NCBI GenBank assembly: GCA_032718475.1
Contig: JAUCBJ010004629.1
Span: 1-64,000 of the forward strand
Reading direction: 5' to 3'
Length of the DNA stretch: 64,000 nucleotides
From: Nemertoderma westbladi
Lineage: Eukaryota > Animalia > Xenacoelomorpha
The position numbers were made by a program, and so were the translations under genes. The notes under the pieces were generated by a model. The model saw nothing but the letters and a program-made list of their open reading frames with translations. It made no database searches and had not been told where the DNA came from. Shown here piece by piece: positions 51,701 through 63,321 of this stretch (position 1 is its first letter; each line of letters begins with the position of its first letter).

Positions 51701-54700
51701 ATATTGCAATTTTGAAAATTTGAGGTGCCACGCCCTAATTTTGGTGCACCAAAAATTACGTACCACTACACTTCCATACTTATATCGAGTAGTAGAATGC
51801 TCCCGACGAATTAGAATCAATAAAAAAATCCCCAACATAAATAATTACGAACTCAGAAATGACGTTGTAAAATTCGAAAATTTCAAAAAAATTCTGCTGG
51901 GGACCAAATTTTGAGATAGCACCCACATCGAAAAATAGAAATCTAATTGCAACGCCGCTTTTTGCAATGATGCGCCATGAAATTTAACTAATTCTCGTAA
52001 AAAATTAGGCAGGTACATAATGTTGTTGCATAGATACAGAAATTAAAAAAGTTTAGAAAGTACTACTTTTTTAAAACTAGTTTAAAAAGTAATAATTATG
52101 GTAAATAGTTTCAGTATCAATCAGGGTGAGTCGCCAAGGAGGCAGATACAACTTAAATGAATTACATTAAACGATATCAGGATGAAGCAACAAATAATTA
52201 CAATTAATCCCTGTTCCAGTGAGCACTGTTTGAGCGTGGATCCGGAAGTCGCGTAATGGGAAGGAATGGGCCGTATTGAATAGTCTGTTTAGGATTTGGA
52301 AGTCCCATAGAATAAAAGGGAATCTCAAGGTTCGATTATTTAGGGCAGCAGTAGTACCAGTACTCCTATAAGGGAGTCCATGCTGTTCTCTAACTGCTGA
52401 GGACACCAAATCTCTTGGTGGCACTTATACAAGAATGCTAAGCCGGGTTCATTGTATCAAGTACAATGAACAGATCTCCAATCAGACTCTTTACAACTAA
52501 CATTTGAGGTCTTTCATGAGTCCCCCTCGCTTGACACTTGAACGGAGCCGCCTCTGCTTTGTAGGACATTACTTTTGCCGTGAGTACCAGCTAGTGCACA
52601 ATGGTGTCCTTTGGACGCTTCATGGAGTGAATAAGCATGGTTAACAGCCCATGGCTTTCTTGCAGATGCAAATAATCTACCAAATATCATGGGTGACAGG
52701 AATTTTTACAGGTATAACTCTGTCGAGAAGAGGCGCAGCAGTTTTAATAGCCAGAGGTAATGTTCACTGGGCAACACCACACTTAATAGCTGGCCACACT
52801 TTATAAATATATTCTTACAAACACTAAACAAACCGGCAACTTCCCTCCTATAATTCAGTAATAAAAGCATTTTATTTGAATAAAATACCTTTTATTATTG
52901 ATTTCCCATATATTATAAAGGGAAAAGTTTTTAAAAGTCTTCAAAACTATTTTATTTTTAAGTAATTTTATGTTTATAAGCAACGCACCCAATGCTACTC
53001 GCGCAGAACTGGCTTCATGATTGATCCAAAATGAGATCCAACTCAGCATAACAACGAGAATGCAAGGCATATAAGTCTGCAGAGAAAAGTATCCGATGTC
53101 ACGTCGTAGATAGAAGACCAAGTATAGTCTAGTGTAGCTTCCAGTCTCAAATACTTGAACAGTCTAAACAAAACGGAAATTAATTAGTTGGGCCTAAGGT
53201 TATATTGTTTATTTACCGCCACTACTGCCATCGCAGAACTGATCAACATGTGTATGATGATCTTGTTGTATTTCAGCCGGCTGATTAGTGTTAACCATTG
53301 GTGATGGTCAGCCATTGATAATTTTTTTTTTTTTTTTTTTAGTTAATTTAAATTTTTAGGCTCATTAAGCCAAGGAATACCTGTTCACCACCATGGGTGA
53401 TCTTCCACAGTAAACCCTTCCACTCAAATTTTTTCATAATTTAAATAATAACAATTTAGATAAAAATAAATTTTTTTGGGAAAACTAGTTTTCGGAGTTT
53501 TAAATACGATCAAGCAGTGAGAAGAGGTGATTTTTCCTGATTCATCTACAAAACACACTGGAATTGGGGAGCTACATTGCTGACCCCGAAGTCAATATTT
53601 ATCATCTTATGTATTAGATTTCTGAAGCGCATTTTATTTCGCATTCGCGATATTGCTAGAAACAGTTTTACATCATTCAAAATTTCTTACTTGAGCGAAG
53701 TTGGGCATAGATGGCACACAATTAATCATAACGCACAGTTTTAATCTTACTGACACGGTTTCAAAGTAATTAAAGAACTTTATAGACCCGGTTCACAATA
53801 ATTTAGGAAACTTACTGACCTTGTTCACGTATCGGTAAACAACCTGATACTGTGGAAGTTGTTGCCCAATCAACCCAGTGATAGCTCGTTCTTTCTTCCA
53901 GGCCAGCATCATGTCATTATCTGAGTAACCATCTGGGAATAATTAGTAAGAAGCTCTGATTATAGTCCAGCAGCAGGCTGAGTACACGCCCCTCTCCATC
54001 CTATTCTATAACCCCATTAACAAATTAAGTATTCCAGGAATAATCAAGGACCATATAGCTTCAACCTAAGAGTTGCATAACTGCATAACATTAAGTCTCG
54101 AGATTATTGTAATCTTGTTTTCAAATATTATAATTTATAATGAAATATACCGGATTATGGCTCGTGCAGTACTTTTACTGTATTTTATTGAATGGAATGT
54201 TCGTATGAATTACGAAAAACAAAGAAACTCTAAAAATACAATAACAATAGTATAATAATTATAGTCGTGTTGAAATAAAACAGTTCTCAGTTTCGATTTT
54301 AAAATTTGCAATGTAGTGGCTGATCGCACATCATTGCGGCATGGTGGTGGTTTATTTACCATTATAACAGTGCAGTATTTTATACCAGTGTACAGTCGTA
54401 CTGTAAAATATTATTTGAATTTCCCTCCAAATAACATGGGTGATGGTGGGTTTTTACATTATTTTTATTCATTTATTAATATTTCGCTATACAATTCTAC
54501 ATCGGTTTATCTCAACTAACAACTTTCAACTTGCAGACTGCAGTTCTGAACGTCGTGTGGAAACTTGTGCAACACCATCTTACAGGCTGCTGTTATGGTT
54601 ATTCGTAGACCATAGGTTATATTACCGTTACGATATATTCGCAGCAAGCGATTCTTTACCGTGACGTCACCAAGCTAGATTAAAATTGCAAATATATAAA

Positions 54701-57700
54701 GTTTAGCTTTTATTATTTTATAACAGCACTTTAGAATTTCTTAATGAATAATTTATCTGATGCTTATATGTTTATATTATCCAGTGTCCAAGCAGCGAGG
54801 AAGGGTTTACGAGCCTAAAAGAATCTCCCATTCATCATACAGTGTTCAGGTGTTTTAATCCATCAAAATATAAATGTTTATATTATATACTCGTACTCTA
54901 TGAATTAGATCGGGAAACACAACAGGGGGGGGGGGGGGGGGGGGGGGGGTGATCGGCGAATTAATATTTCGTCTCAATGTTAGAGACACGGGGGCGAAAG
55001 TGAACGCAAATCCCATCTTGGCGAATTATTATCAACCCTCAATGTTTAGGGAAATGAGTAGGTTACAGTTGCACGTTATTTTAACCAAAACAATAAACTA
55101 AGCACAATAGAACAGGTTATATTTTATTTTTGAGAGTAATCATCTGTTATTTGCGTCCAATTTCACCTGGAGAGGGTTTAATGGTGGTTTTCGTTGGTTT
55201 TATGTGAAAGAGCATGTGAAAAAACCCCAGAGAGCAATTTTACTTCAAAAAAAAATTACATTGGCTGAGTTATAGCGATTTTAAAACGCTAAATTAACAA
55301 CATCGAAAAATCAGGCCGTTTCAGAAAACTGCACTAGTGACGTCACTAGTGCAACAGTAAATGCTCATTGGTTACTATACAATATAAATCTCTTAGTAAC
55401 TAAAATAAATAATGTAGCTAATATATATTTAGTGTGTTAAGATTACATTATTTGATATCCTTATGGCGGCAATTGATTCATAACAAGTTAAATATTCCAG
55501 AAGAATATTTATTTCTCCCAAAACGTACAGTTGTTAGATATAAAAATAAAACATATTTTGTAGCTAAAACTGCCAGGTGGTAGAAATCCAGTAGCTTATT
55601 GATGTTTTATTAAGCTTCAAAACTAAGATTACTTTAGATTAGATTGTGGATTCGCACTTTTTCGATTGCAATTACTTTTATATAAGTTAAATTATTGATT
55701 TCAAAATAGCATTGATAGTTATCAATAATTCTAGAATAGTTAAGTTGTAGCTAACCCTTATTTCAGTTAAATAGCTAACTCAAATATTGGCCTACTACTG
55801 CACATTATTACGGACAGTAGCTGCGTTTATACTAAAAATAATATATCCACTAAAAGGCACTACTACAGTATGTGTACCCATGACCGGGATATTTTTGTAG
55901 TAGTTTTTGCTACTTTTATTGTTTTTTATGTTCTATGTCATATTAGCTCTATAGTTTTGCAAAAAAAAATGTTCTAGAACAAATCTTTCTCTTTCTCTTT
56001 GTACGACATTGGTTGCAATCTGATGACTGCAGTCTCATTGGTTGGTCTGGGTACAGACGGGTGCAATTTGGTTTGTGGCGGTCAATTTAAATGAGTTGAA
56101 ATTCTGCAAATCTTGGGCAATCTTTCTTGTTCTAGAAGATATTTTAACAAATTTATAATTCCTAATAATACACCTTAAAATGTAAATCTGTTGCCATTAA
56201 ATACTTCAAAATATTATTCTAGAATGTTTTTTAATGTTTACAGTAGTAGCTTTACTTTAACTGTTTTCATTAAATAAAATGCCACGTCACGAAAACAAAA
56301 AGTGCTCTAAAGATCCAAATATTATTGAGATTTCCAAAGAATAGTATAAAAGAAAAGTACATAATTTCGAAAAATTAATTTTAAATTAATTTTAATAATA
56401 GCTAGAAAAGATAACTTGGAAAATCACTAGCTAGCCTGATTATTTGTATTTAAAAAAATTTTTTATTAATGTTTATAGATAAATAAACTATGTATTACAC
56501 ATAATTACTAATTTTTAAGAAATTTTTTTTATTTTATTTTTTTTTTAATAATAGCTAATTTGGAAAATCACTAGCTAGCCTGATAATATGTATTTTTAAT
56601 GTTTATAGATAAATAAACAATTTATTACACATAATAATAAATTTTTAATAAATTTTTTTTTTTATATAAAAATGTTCTAGAACAAAAAAATTTGTTCTAG
56701 AACATAATTTTTTTAGCTAACATGAAATAGAATAGTTATAAATAAAAAAGTAGCAAAAACTAGCTATAGTGAAAAAAATATGGTCATGGGTACACATACT
56801 GTAGTAGTGCCCCACTAAAATACATCAAATAATGAGATAGCAAGTATAGAATAATTATTGACAGGGTCGCAAATGCCAAAAGACGCTCACGTAATGGAGC
56901 GGGTTTCTTCAAGTGCGACATATATTGCGGTGTGCCAAAATGCCCCAATAATTCCATCAATGTCAGGAGAATATATCTGTAAGTGTTCCGCATGGAATAA
57001 AAAGAAGAAAGCTGTGGTTCACCAAATCTGGGAGACATGATGCCGAGAACGCAAACTTAAGTACACGTATCTACTTCTGCCCCTATTGAATATAAATTGT
57101 AGTTATAAATAAATTAATACAATTAATTGAGTGGTTATATGGGGTGAGTACAAAACAAAGACCAATGACCTAATTAAGTAACCTGCATAATCTTGTAACA
57201 TGTGTTAACTCTAGTTTATTGTTTTGGTTCCCCGAACACGCCTCTGTAACCTGCTCATTTAAATGGCAATGGGCACTGTACAAAACAAAGAGGTAAATTC
57301 GCGTTAGGTCCCTAAGAGCGTTAGCCCCCATTTAAGGTAGCGGGCTAGTAAAGGAGCAGGTGACAGAGGCGTGTTCGGGGAACCAATAACTGTATAATAA
57401 CTTTTACTAGCACCCCTGTAGCTACTATTGAAAAATGCTCCTTAAAATTCTAGAATTTTTACCATCTTGCTAAATAACTTGACAAAAAAACGAAATAATT
57501 TCCATCTAGTGCTAATCTACCCATCCCGCATTGTTCGTTGTAAAAACGATTAAAAAGTCTATTAATGAAACGCCTGGCAGTATTTAGCTAGCTATATTTG
57601 TTTTTAGCTACAGCTCTATGGTATGGTATGGGCGAAATAAATATTATTCTAGAATAATTAACTTGATATGAATAATTTGCCTCCATACCGCTATCCTATA

Positions 57701-60697
57701 ATCGATTCTTAACACAACGTAAATACACATCCAAATAAATACTTGCTACATTTATTATTTGTTTTATTTTAGATACTGCAATATTATACTTTATATTAGC
57801 CAATCAACTGTTCTTGACAACTGTTGCTGTGTTATGGCTAACGTTAAATGAGCAAATTCCTAAAACGGCCTGATTTTTCGGTGTTGCTAATTTTGCGTTT
57901 TAAAATAACTCCGCCAATATTAATTTTTTGAAGTAATATTGCTCTCTGGGGTTTTCTCACATGCTCTTTCACATGAAACCAACCAAAAAAACTCGATAAA
58001 AAATTTCCGAGTCGTCTACCCCATTTTGATTGCGCCGAAAGTTCCCCTCCCCTCCCCCGTCCTTTCTGTGGACCGGTGAAGTTCAGCAGATAATGCATTT
58101 TACCTTGCTACTACCCTTTACCCTGCTAGTACGAAATGTTTTTACTACTTTTTACTAATAACTGATTCGGGTAGGTAATATTGTTGTCATCAATAATCCC
58201 ACTGATGCCCAACTGGCATCATTGATGATTTTCCTAAAATTGACCAAATTCTACCGTGATCATATGCAAAGGCAATTTCGTGCCCCCAGGTGTGTGTTCA
58301 ACGTTTTTGCTCACTATTATTCCAAAGCTCCTGTTTCAACTTATAAAGTGTGCTATATCGTAACGACAATGAATTTTTGAAGATTAACTTGATTTCAAAG
58401 AATAATTCAATACCTTTGTATTAACATCTATCTGAAATAACTGACTTTATCTGCCTCCATTATTGATAGTGAACCATTAAGAAGACATGAAGACAATAAT
58501 GATATTTACCTTCGAATACTTATCGTTCGGGAAATATGTATCCGGCACCCATATTTTGTCAGCAAATTCTGCGTTGACAGTAATCGGGTCTGCAAAGTTG
58601 TGGCTGAGTCTTTCATCCTGCCAATATTGGCGGAAATATAATGTTACCGTGAAATCCTGCAAAAGGTGAAATAATTAGGAATTATTAAGTTGTTGTTATT
58701 GGTCATAAACCATGGGGATGGGGAAGAATATACCTAAAAAATTGGTCCAATTACTGCTGTTGGTTTATATTATTCTTATTGATTAATAATTTAGGAAATT
58801 TATATGAAATTTATTATGAAATTCTTAATAAACCACCTTTTAAATAATTAATTGGTTTAATCAACTAAATTTTAGATAATTATTACATTGACAAATATAC
58901 TCCATTTTTTTTTGTTGATAAAATATAACGCCAAAAACCGAAAAGTTCACGGTTACGAATGAAACTACAAAATCCATTGAGGATTCAATGATATATAATT
59001 CAACGGTGGCTGACCCACCTCAGAGACCACCAGATATTAGCCCAACTGTTAAGAATCATGTAGACATTGGAATGAACTGGTAAATTTAATTTGAATTTTT
59101 TTACATAAATAGTTTTAACTTTCTAAGAGTAATTTATTTATTTATTTAGCCCAGCATATAGCTCACATATAGGTGTACCGTGCTCTAAAATAGAACCTTC
59201 GCTTCCGATGCGATGTCCCATGCGACTTCCAAATCCTGGACAGACAATATGGGCAATACTACAGTTAAAGCTGTCATGACATCTGCGATAAGGAAGTTTG
59301 AACAAATATCTTATTTTTTTGAACATATTATATACATATTTCAGCATAAATGTTTTTTGTACACACAACTGAATAAATGTTGAGGTACCGGTAATTTTAT
59401 CGATTTGACTCATGGAATTGCGACATATTCCGCATACAAATGAATTATAATCACATTGCAACATTTGGTGTACCTACTCTATATCATTGTCAACACATAT
59501 TAACCACAAGAAGAGGCAAAAACCACTGTTTGGGCTGTTTCACACTGTTTCAGATTTTAATAGAAATAGTGAACGGCATTCTGTCGAGAAGAGTTACACC
59601 CCTCCTACTGACACACAATCCTCCACGGCACTCCTTGACATAAAATTCATTAGCCACCAGAACTAATGGTCATATGAAGCGAGCGAATTACCCTGACCAT
59701 CTCTCCTGGGATCAGGATATAACGCATTCTATTCCCATCAACCCATCATTAGCTCAACGTCCAGGTTGTTTCCCTCTGGCCCATTGTATTAACGGACTTC
59801 AGGTCCAGGTCCCATCCCAGCGATCCTAAGCCACATATTTTCTCCTCACTGGCCAAACCAAATCGGTTTTGGAATTGAATTTCATAAAATGAAGGTTCTT
59901 TCGCCATGGGCTCCAAATGAACTATGCTTCACGTGTATTTAGTTTCAACAGGCCATCCTGACAAGTTAGTAAATTGAATAACGTGGCAATGAAGGAGGAG
60001 ACCCATTGACTTTATAAATACCAACTGTTGCACAATGAGTTCCCTGAATACATCATTTGGATATAAACACGCTAATGACTAACTAACTTTTTTTTGTTCA
60101 TCCTACTTTTATCTCAATTCATCAGTTCTACTTGTCTTACTTGCAGTCCATTTACTTGGTTTGGAATGTCCATATTGTCGTCAACATATAGTGCAATCCG
60201 CACTGGTATTTTGGATCTTGGTGACGTATACACTAGGGTTTGAATTAGGTTGGTTTTAGTAAATGCTAGTGAGCTCAAGTGATATACAACCAAAAGTAAA
60301 AAATATTCCATAATCAGAAGCAGTTGATAAGGTCAAGTAACTACCTTTTGCATAATAATAAACTGTTCTTATTAGCAATATTAAACCTCGGTACTGGTAC
60401 ATGTCTCCAAGAACATAGTATATATTCCTATTAAATTCATGCATTGAATTCCTTTCTATTGAATAAGCACTATGTTCATGTTCAAGAAGTCCTGTCGCCC
60501 AGAATTGATGCTCATAACGCCCTAACTGATATCAGTACTAATTAATGACCACCAAGTACTATTCTACGAATGTACATGTACAAGTATCATTCCATACTAG
60601 TGAGCCTACATGCATAGACGTACCATGTTTACTTCACTGATTTTGTCAAAACTCGCCAATGCGATGTCAGCAATTACACTAACAGGCTTTGTTTGAT
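48277..60697 (-). CDS. Cys-loop ligand-gated anion channel subunit, GABA-A beta/LCCH3-like. Exons 60697-60624, 58656-58510, 54674-54521, 53932-53820, 53163-52989, 49121-48913 (or 48874), 48738-48277; 5' exons not found in window
   Basis: All introns are GT-AG and phase-compatible. Motifs: [45 protein letters not shown], Cys loop [21 protein letters not shown]1 [11 protein letters not shown]2 [28 protein letters not shown]4 [10 protein letters not shown]. Confidence 0.93.
48913..49121 (-). CDS. Receptor M2-M3 exon
   Basis: ttctag acceptor; [10 protein letters not shown]...KAIDVYL...EFAIVNY; donor gtaagg, with an alternative gtgagt 39 nt further. Confidence 0.9.
49355..49510 (-). mobile_element. 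SINE-like repeat; ~60 bp recurs at 53365-53425
   Basis: gccaaggaatacctgttcaccaccatgggtgatcttccacagtaaacccttccact occurs twice; the second copy is preceded by poly-T. Confidence 0.5.
49856..51419. mobile_element. piggyBac-type non-autonomous element (1564 bp)
   Basis: TTAA at 49852-49855 and 51420-51423; CCCTATTA...TAATAGGG ends; subterminal ggggtcatattgacccc at both ends. Confidence 0.85.
50385..51195. repeat. ~163-bp satellite-like tandem array (5 units) inside the piggyBac element
   Basis: aatttggtgct(a/g)gcac recurs at ~50388, 50551, 50713, 50877 and 51040. Confidence 0.8.
52235..52700 (+). mobile_element. RTE LINE 3' fragment
   Basis: Same family as 45440-46335, opposite strand ([24 protein letters not shown]). 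Confidence 0.75.
52989..53163 (-). CDS. Receptor loop C-M1-M2 start exon
   Basis: gtttag acceptor, gtgcgt donor; [10 protein letters not shown]...[11 protein letters not shown]. Confidence 0.9.
53820..53932 (-). CDS. Receptor exon (YGYSDND...LPQY...NK)
   Basis: tcccag acceptor, gtcagt donor. Confidence 0.85.
54521..54674 (-). CDS. Receptor Cys-loop exon
   Basis: atctag acceptor, gttagt donor; [11 protein letters not shown]...C-13-C loop. Confidence 0.9.
55856..56811. mobile_element. MULE-like MITE (956 bp)
   Basis: 9-bp TSD CCACTAAAA (55847-55855, 56812-56820); perfect 30-bp TIR ggcactactacagtatgtgtacccatgacc. Confidence 0.9.
56923..57080 (+). pseudogene. Frameshifted THAP zinc-finger remnant
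   Basis: [11 protein letters not shown] / [18 protein letters not shown]...RIYFC across one frameshift; terminal HF missing. Confidence 0.6.
58510..58656 (-). CDS. Receptor exon ([12 protein letters not shown]...[14 protein letters not shown])
   Basis: ttgcag acceptor, gtaaat donor. Confidence 0.9.
60624..60697 (-). CDS. Receptor exon ([22 protein letters not shown])
   Basis: tttcag acceptor, gtacgt donor, 74 bp. Confidence 0.85.
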
Positions 60698-62285
60698 CTG
60701 AAAAATAAACAAATATAATATAGTTTGAAATGAAAATAATTATAAATTAATTTAAGAGTAAATAAAAATGTTGGATAATTTTCTCACTAATACTTCATAT
60801 AAATAATAATTAATATACTTGAAAAGGTTCTGGACAGGACAACAATATTGTTTTTATTGTTGAGTTGATGGAGATAAATGAAAACAGACAGTACGCGGTA
60901 ACAATTAAATTCATATTTAATTTACAGGATGGTAATTATAAATAAATATGAATATGTATGAATAGATAAATTTTCGAACAATCCGTACTTTTTCAAGTCT
61001 ACATTTCTGCTACTAGTACATTACTGTATAGTGAAGGCTGTATCAGTGTACTAGTGGATCCTAATAAAAATAGATTGGAATGGAGGGGAATTTGAATTAT
61101 TCTAAACTGTATGCACTGCATATTATCAAATTTAAATTAATACTATTTTACACCAAATCCTTCCTCATAAATCCCAAATCCTTTTCTAATCTAAATTACC
61201 CTAAATTATTACAAATACTCGAATATAAGGTTATAAAAATTGCACCAGAAAATGTATATAAAATATATTAAAATATATATGCAATGAATAGTATTCTATT
61301 CATAATTGTGAATACACGTTGAATTGGTAAAAACAATACACGCATTCAGAAACCAGAGTCAATGGCGCGAAATGACCGCAAACACAAAATAATTTTAGTG
61401 GGTTTTAAAAATTGGTTTAATTTAATTAAAAACATTAAGGGAAAGGAGCAGGTTACAGTGGCGGTGTTTTCTAACCAAAACAATAAACTATAAATTATTT
61501 CACTTGTGGTCAAAGTGCGCCACTATCTGAGAAACCATCATATAAATTTCCAATATAGAAGAGTGTGTTCTCTATGTTCTTGAATTTACTATCTTAAAGC
61601 GTTGTTAAATAAACTGCATATAATGTGAGAAAGGGCCGGTTGCATGGCTACTGTTAGTAAGAGAGATACTTAATTACTTGAATATATACGCCATATTATT
61701 AGCATAGATTAGATTACACCATGGCATTGTCAGCCCAAATTATATATAGGTTAGTGTGTACTTGTCTAAATTATGGGAAGACCCCAAAATGATTAGTTTG
61801 ATCTGTCCCGGAGCCTTTGAGTTTGTTGAGATGTGGCCCAACAAATCATCCATCGAAGTTGGTGATGGTGCAATGGTTTAACCCCTGATGACCTCTTAAC
61901 ACAGACTGTTGATGTGGCCTATTGGTGAGATTTTCATGCTAGCATGTTGTGTTTCGGAAACTAGCATGCCGATTGTCAGACAATATCTTTATTTTGATAT
62001 TGAAATTTGAATTAGCTTTTACTGGATTAGAAATTTGTGGTGAAAATTCAATTTGTGGAAGGATTTGAAAGGGAGTGAAAGGAAGAATTATAGTGGCTCC
62101 CATGATCAATGTATATCCGAATGTCCAGCTTGCAATGTTACATAACCTTATTTGGTTCTGACGGCCAAGTACAGTGGGGGATTGAACCCAGTGGTAGTAG
62201 ATGATTGTATTGTAAAGATGGGAGGCTATGAGGACGTAAATTGCGGACACACAAGGTAGTAATTTTCCAGGTTTACATTTTACCT

Positions 62286-62350
62286 GAGCCGCTAGCTGAA
62301 TGGTTAGAGCGTCAGACTTCCAACCTGAAGGAAGTTTGATCCCACCTGGA
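62286..62350 (+). mobile_element. tRNA-derived SINE head or tRNA pseudogene
   Basis: tagctgaatggttagagcgtcagact (A-box, D-arm) and gtttgatccc (degenerate B-box); no complete cloverleaf. Confidence 0.5.
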
Positions 62351-62989
62351 TGTCATTGTCGACTTTGCAAAGCTGTGCCCAACGAAAGTTATAATTATGT
62401 GGTCTGATAGAGCTACACCACTAGGACCAGAGAACGCAATTTTGGGCTGAGAAATGATAAAACAGCAGTTGATAAAACAGCCCATGTTGTGTACATGAAT
62501 GCTGGAGCTGTATTGTTATATGCAGACTGCAGAGGCAGTGAAAGACAATTATATTTACATCAAGATATTTCCTTTATGGATTAATACTAAAGTAGCGGAT
62601 GCATCTACAAATATTAGCTAACGGTGAGTCGAAGATGTCTTCAAGAGAAATTTAAATTTCCTGGAGCCAATAAACGTTTATAGGAGTTGATTGAAGAGAG
62701 ATGACTGTGGGGGAACAAACCCCTTAGGGACCATTTATAAGGTAATATGATACACACGTAGTGACTGGTAGATCAGTTTTCCAACTGACTATACATTTTA
62801 CTCTAGGTAATAAATTACAGTGGAACCTAAACTAAGGAAGCAAGATTGTGCATTATGAAACACCATTCTTCCAGATAGATTTGTATGATACTGAGGGACA
62901 GACTGAAACCTGTAATGTCATTATCTACCATGGTGGCTCTATACAGAAAATTTAGCTCTAAACTAACACTGGTATCAGTAACACAAAGA

Positions 62990-63321
62990 AGGTACGCTGC
63001 AAACTTGGCCCGTGAGAAATCTTCCCCAGTGGCCAATCTTCGCCAGGAGTAATCTTCGCCCACAAAATGAGCAACTATCGCCCGCAGGCAATCTTCGCCC
63101 GCGAGCAAGCTTCGCCCAATAAACAATTATTGTTTTGGTTAGAAAAAGCCGTCTCTGTAACCTGCTCATTTCCCTTAATTTGTTACTAAAATGGTTACTA
63201 ACACAAATCTTATTGGGCGAAGGTTGCTCGCGGTCGAAGATTGTCTTGAGGGCGAAGGTATCCCCCGGGCGAAGGTTGTACACAGGCGAAGGTTGTACGC
63301 GGGCGAAGATTGCACCCAACT
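62990..63321. mobile_element. Small foldback MITE with aatcttcgccc/gggcgaagatt repeat arms
   Basis: 8-bp direct repeat CACAAAGA at 62982-62989 and 63322-63329; ~19-bp periodic inverted arms. Confidence 0.7.

Larger units (their letters stand above)
55190..57990. mobile_element. Decayed DNA transposon with ~400-bp inverted arms (Kolobok-like) and a THAP remnant
   Basis: 55190-55577 is inverted to 57573-57990 (atgtgaaagagcatgtg, aaaatcaggccgttt); exact termini not resolved. Confidence 0.6.

Noticed and set aside
61800-62270. Upstream exon of the receptor
   Set aside because: No YD.R.RP motif or signal-peptide exon found; the frames are full of stops and at most resemble a decayed Penelope N-terminus.
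62286-62350. Functional tRNA gene
   Set aside because: The T-arm and acceptor stem are incomplete; better explained as a SINE head or pseudogene.
61439-63174. One 1.7-kb TTAA-flanked Kolobok element bounded by two inverted module copies
   Set aside because: Both ends do abut TTAA, but the right copy lies in the centre of a separate foldback MITE with its own 8-bp TSD, so the pairing is probably coincidental; not fully excluded.
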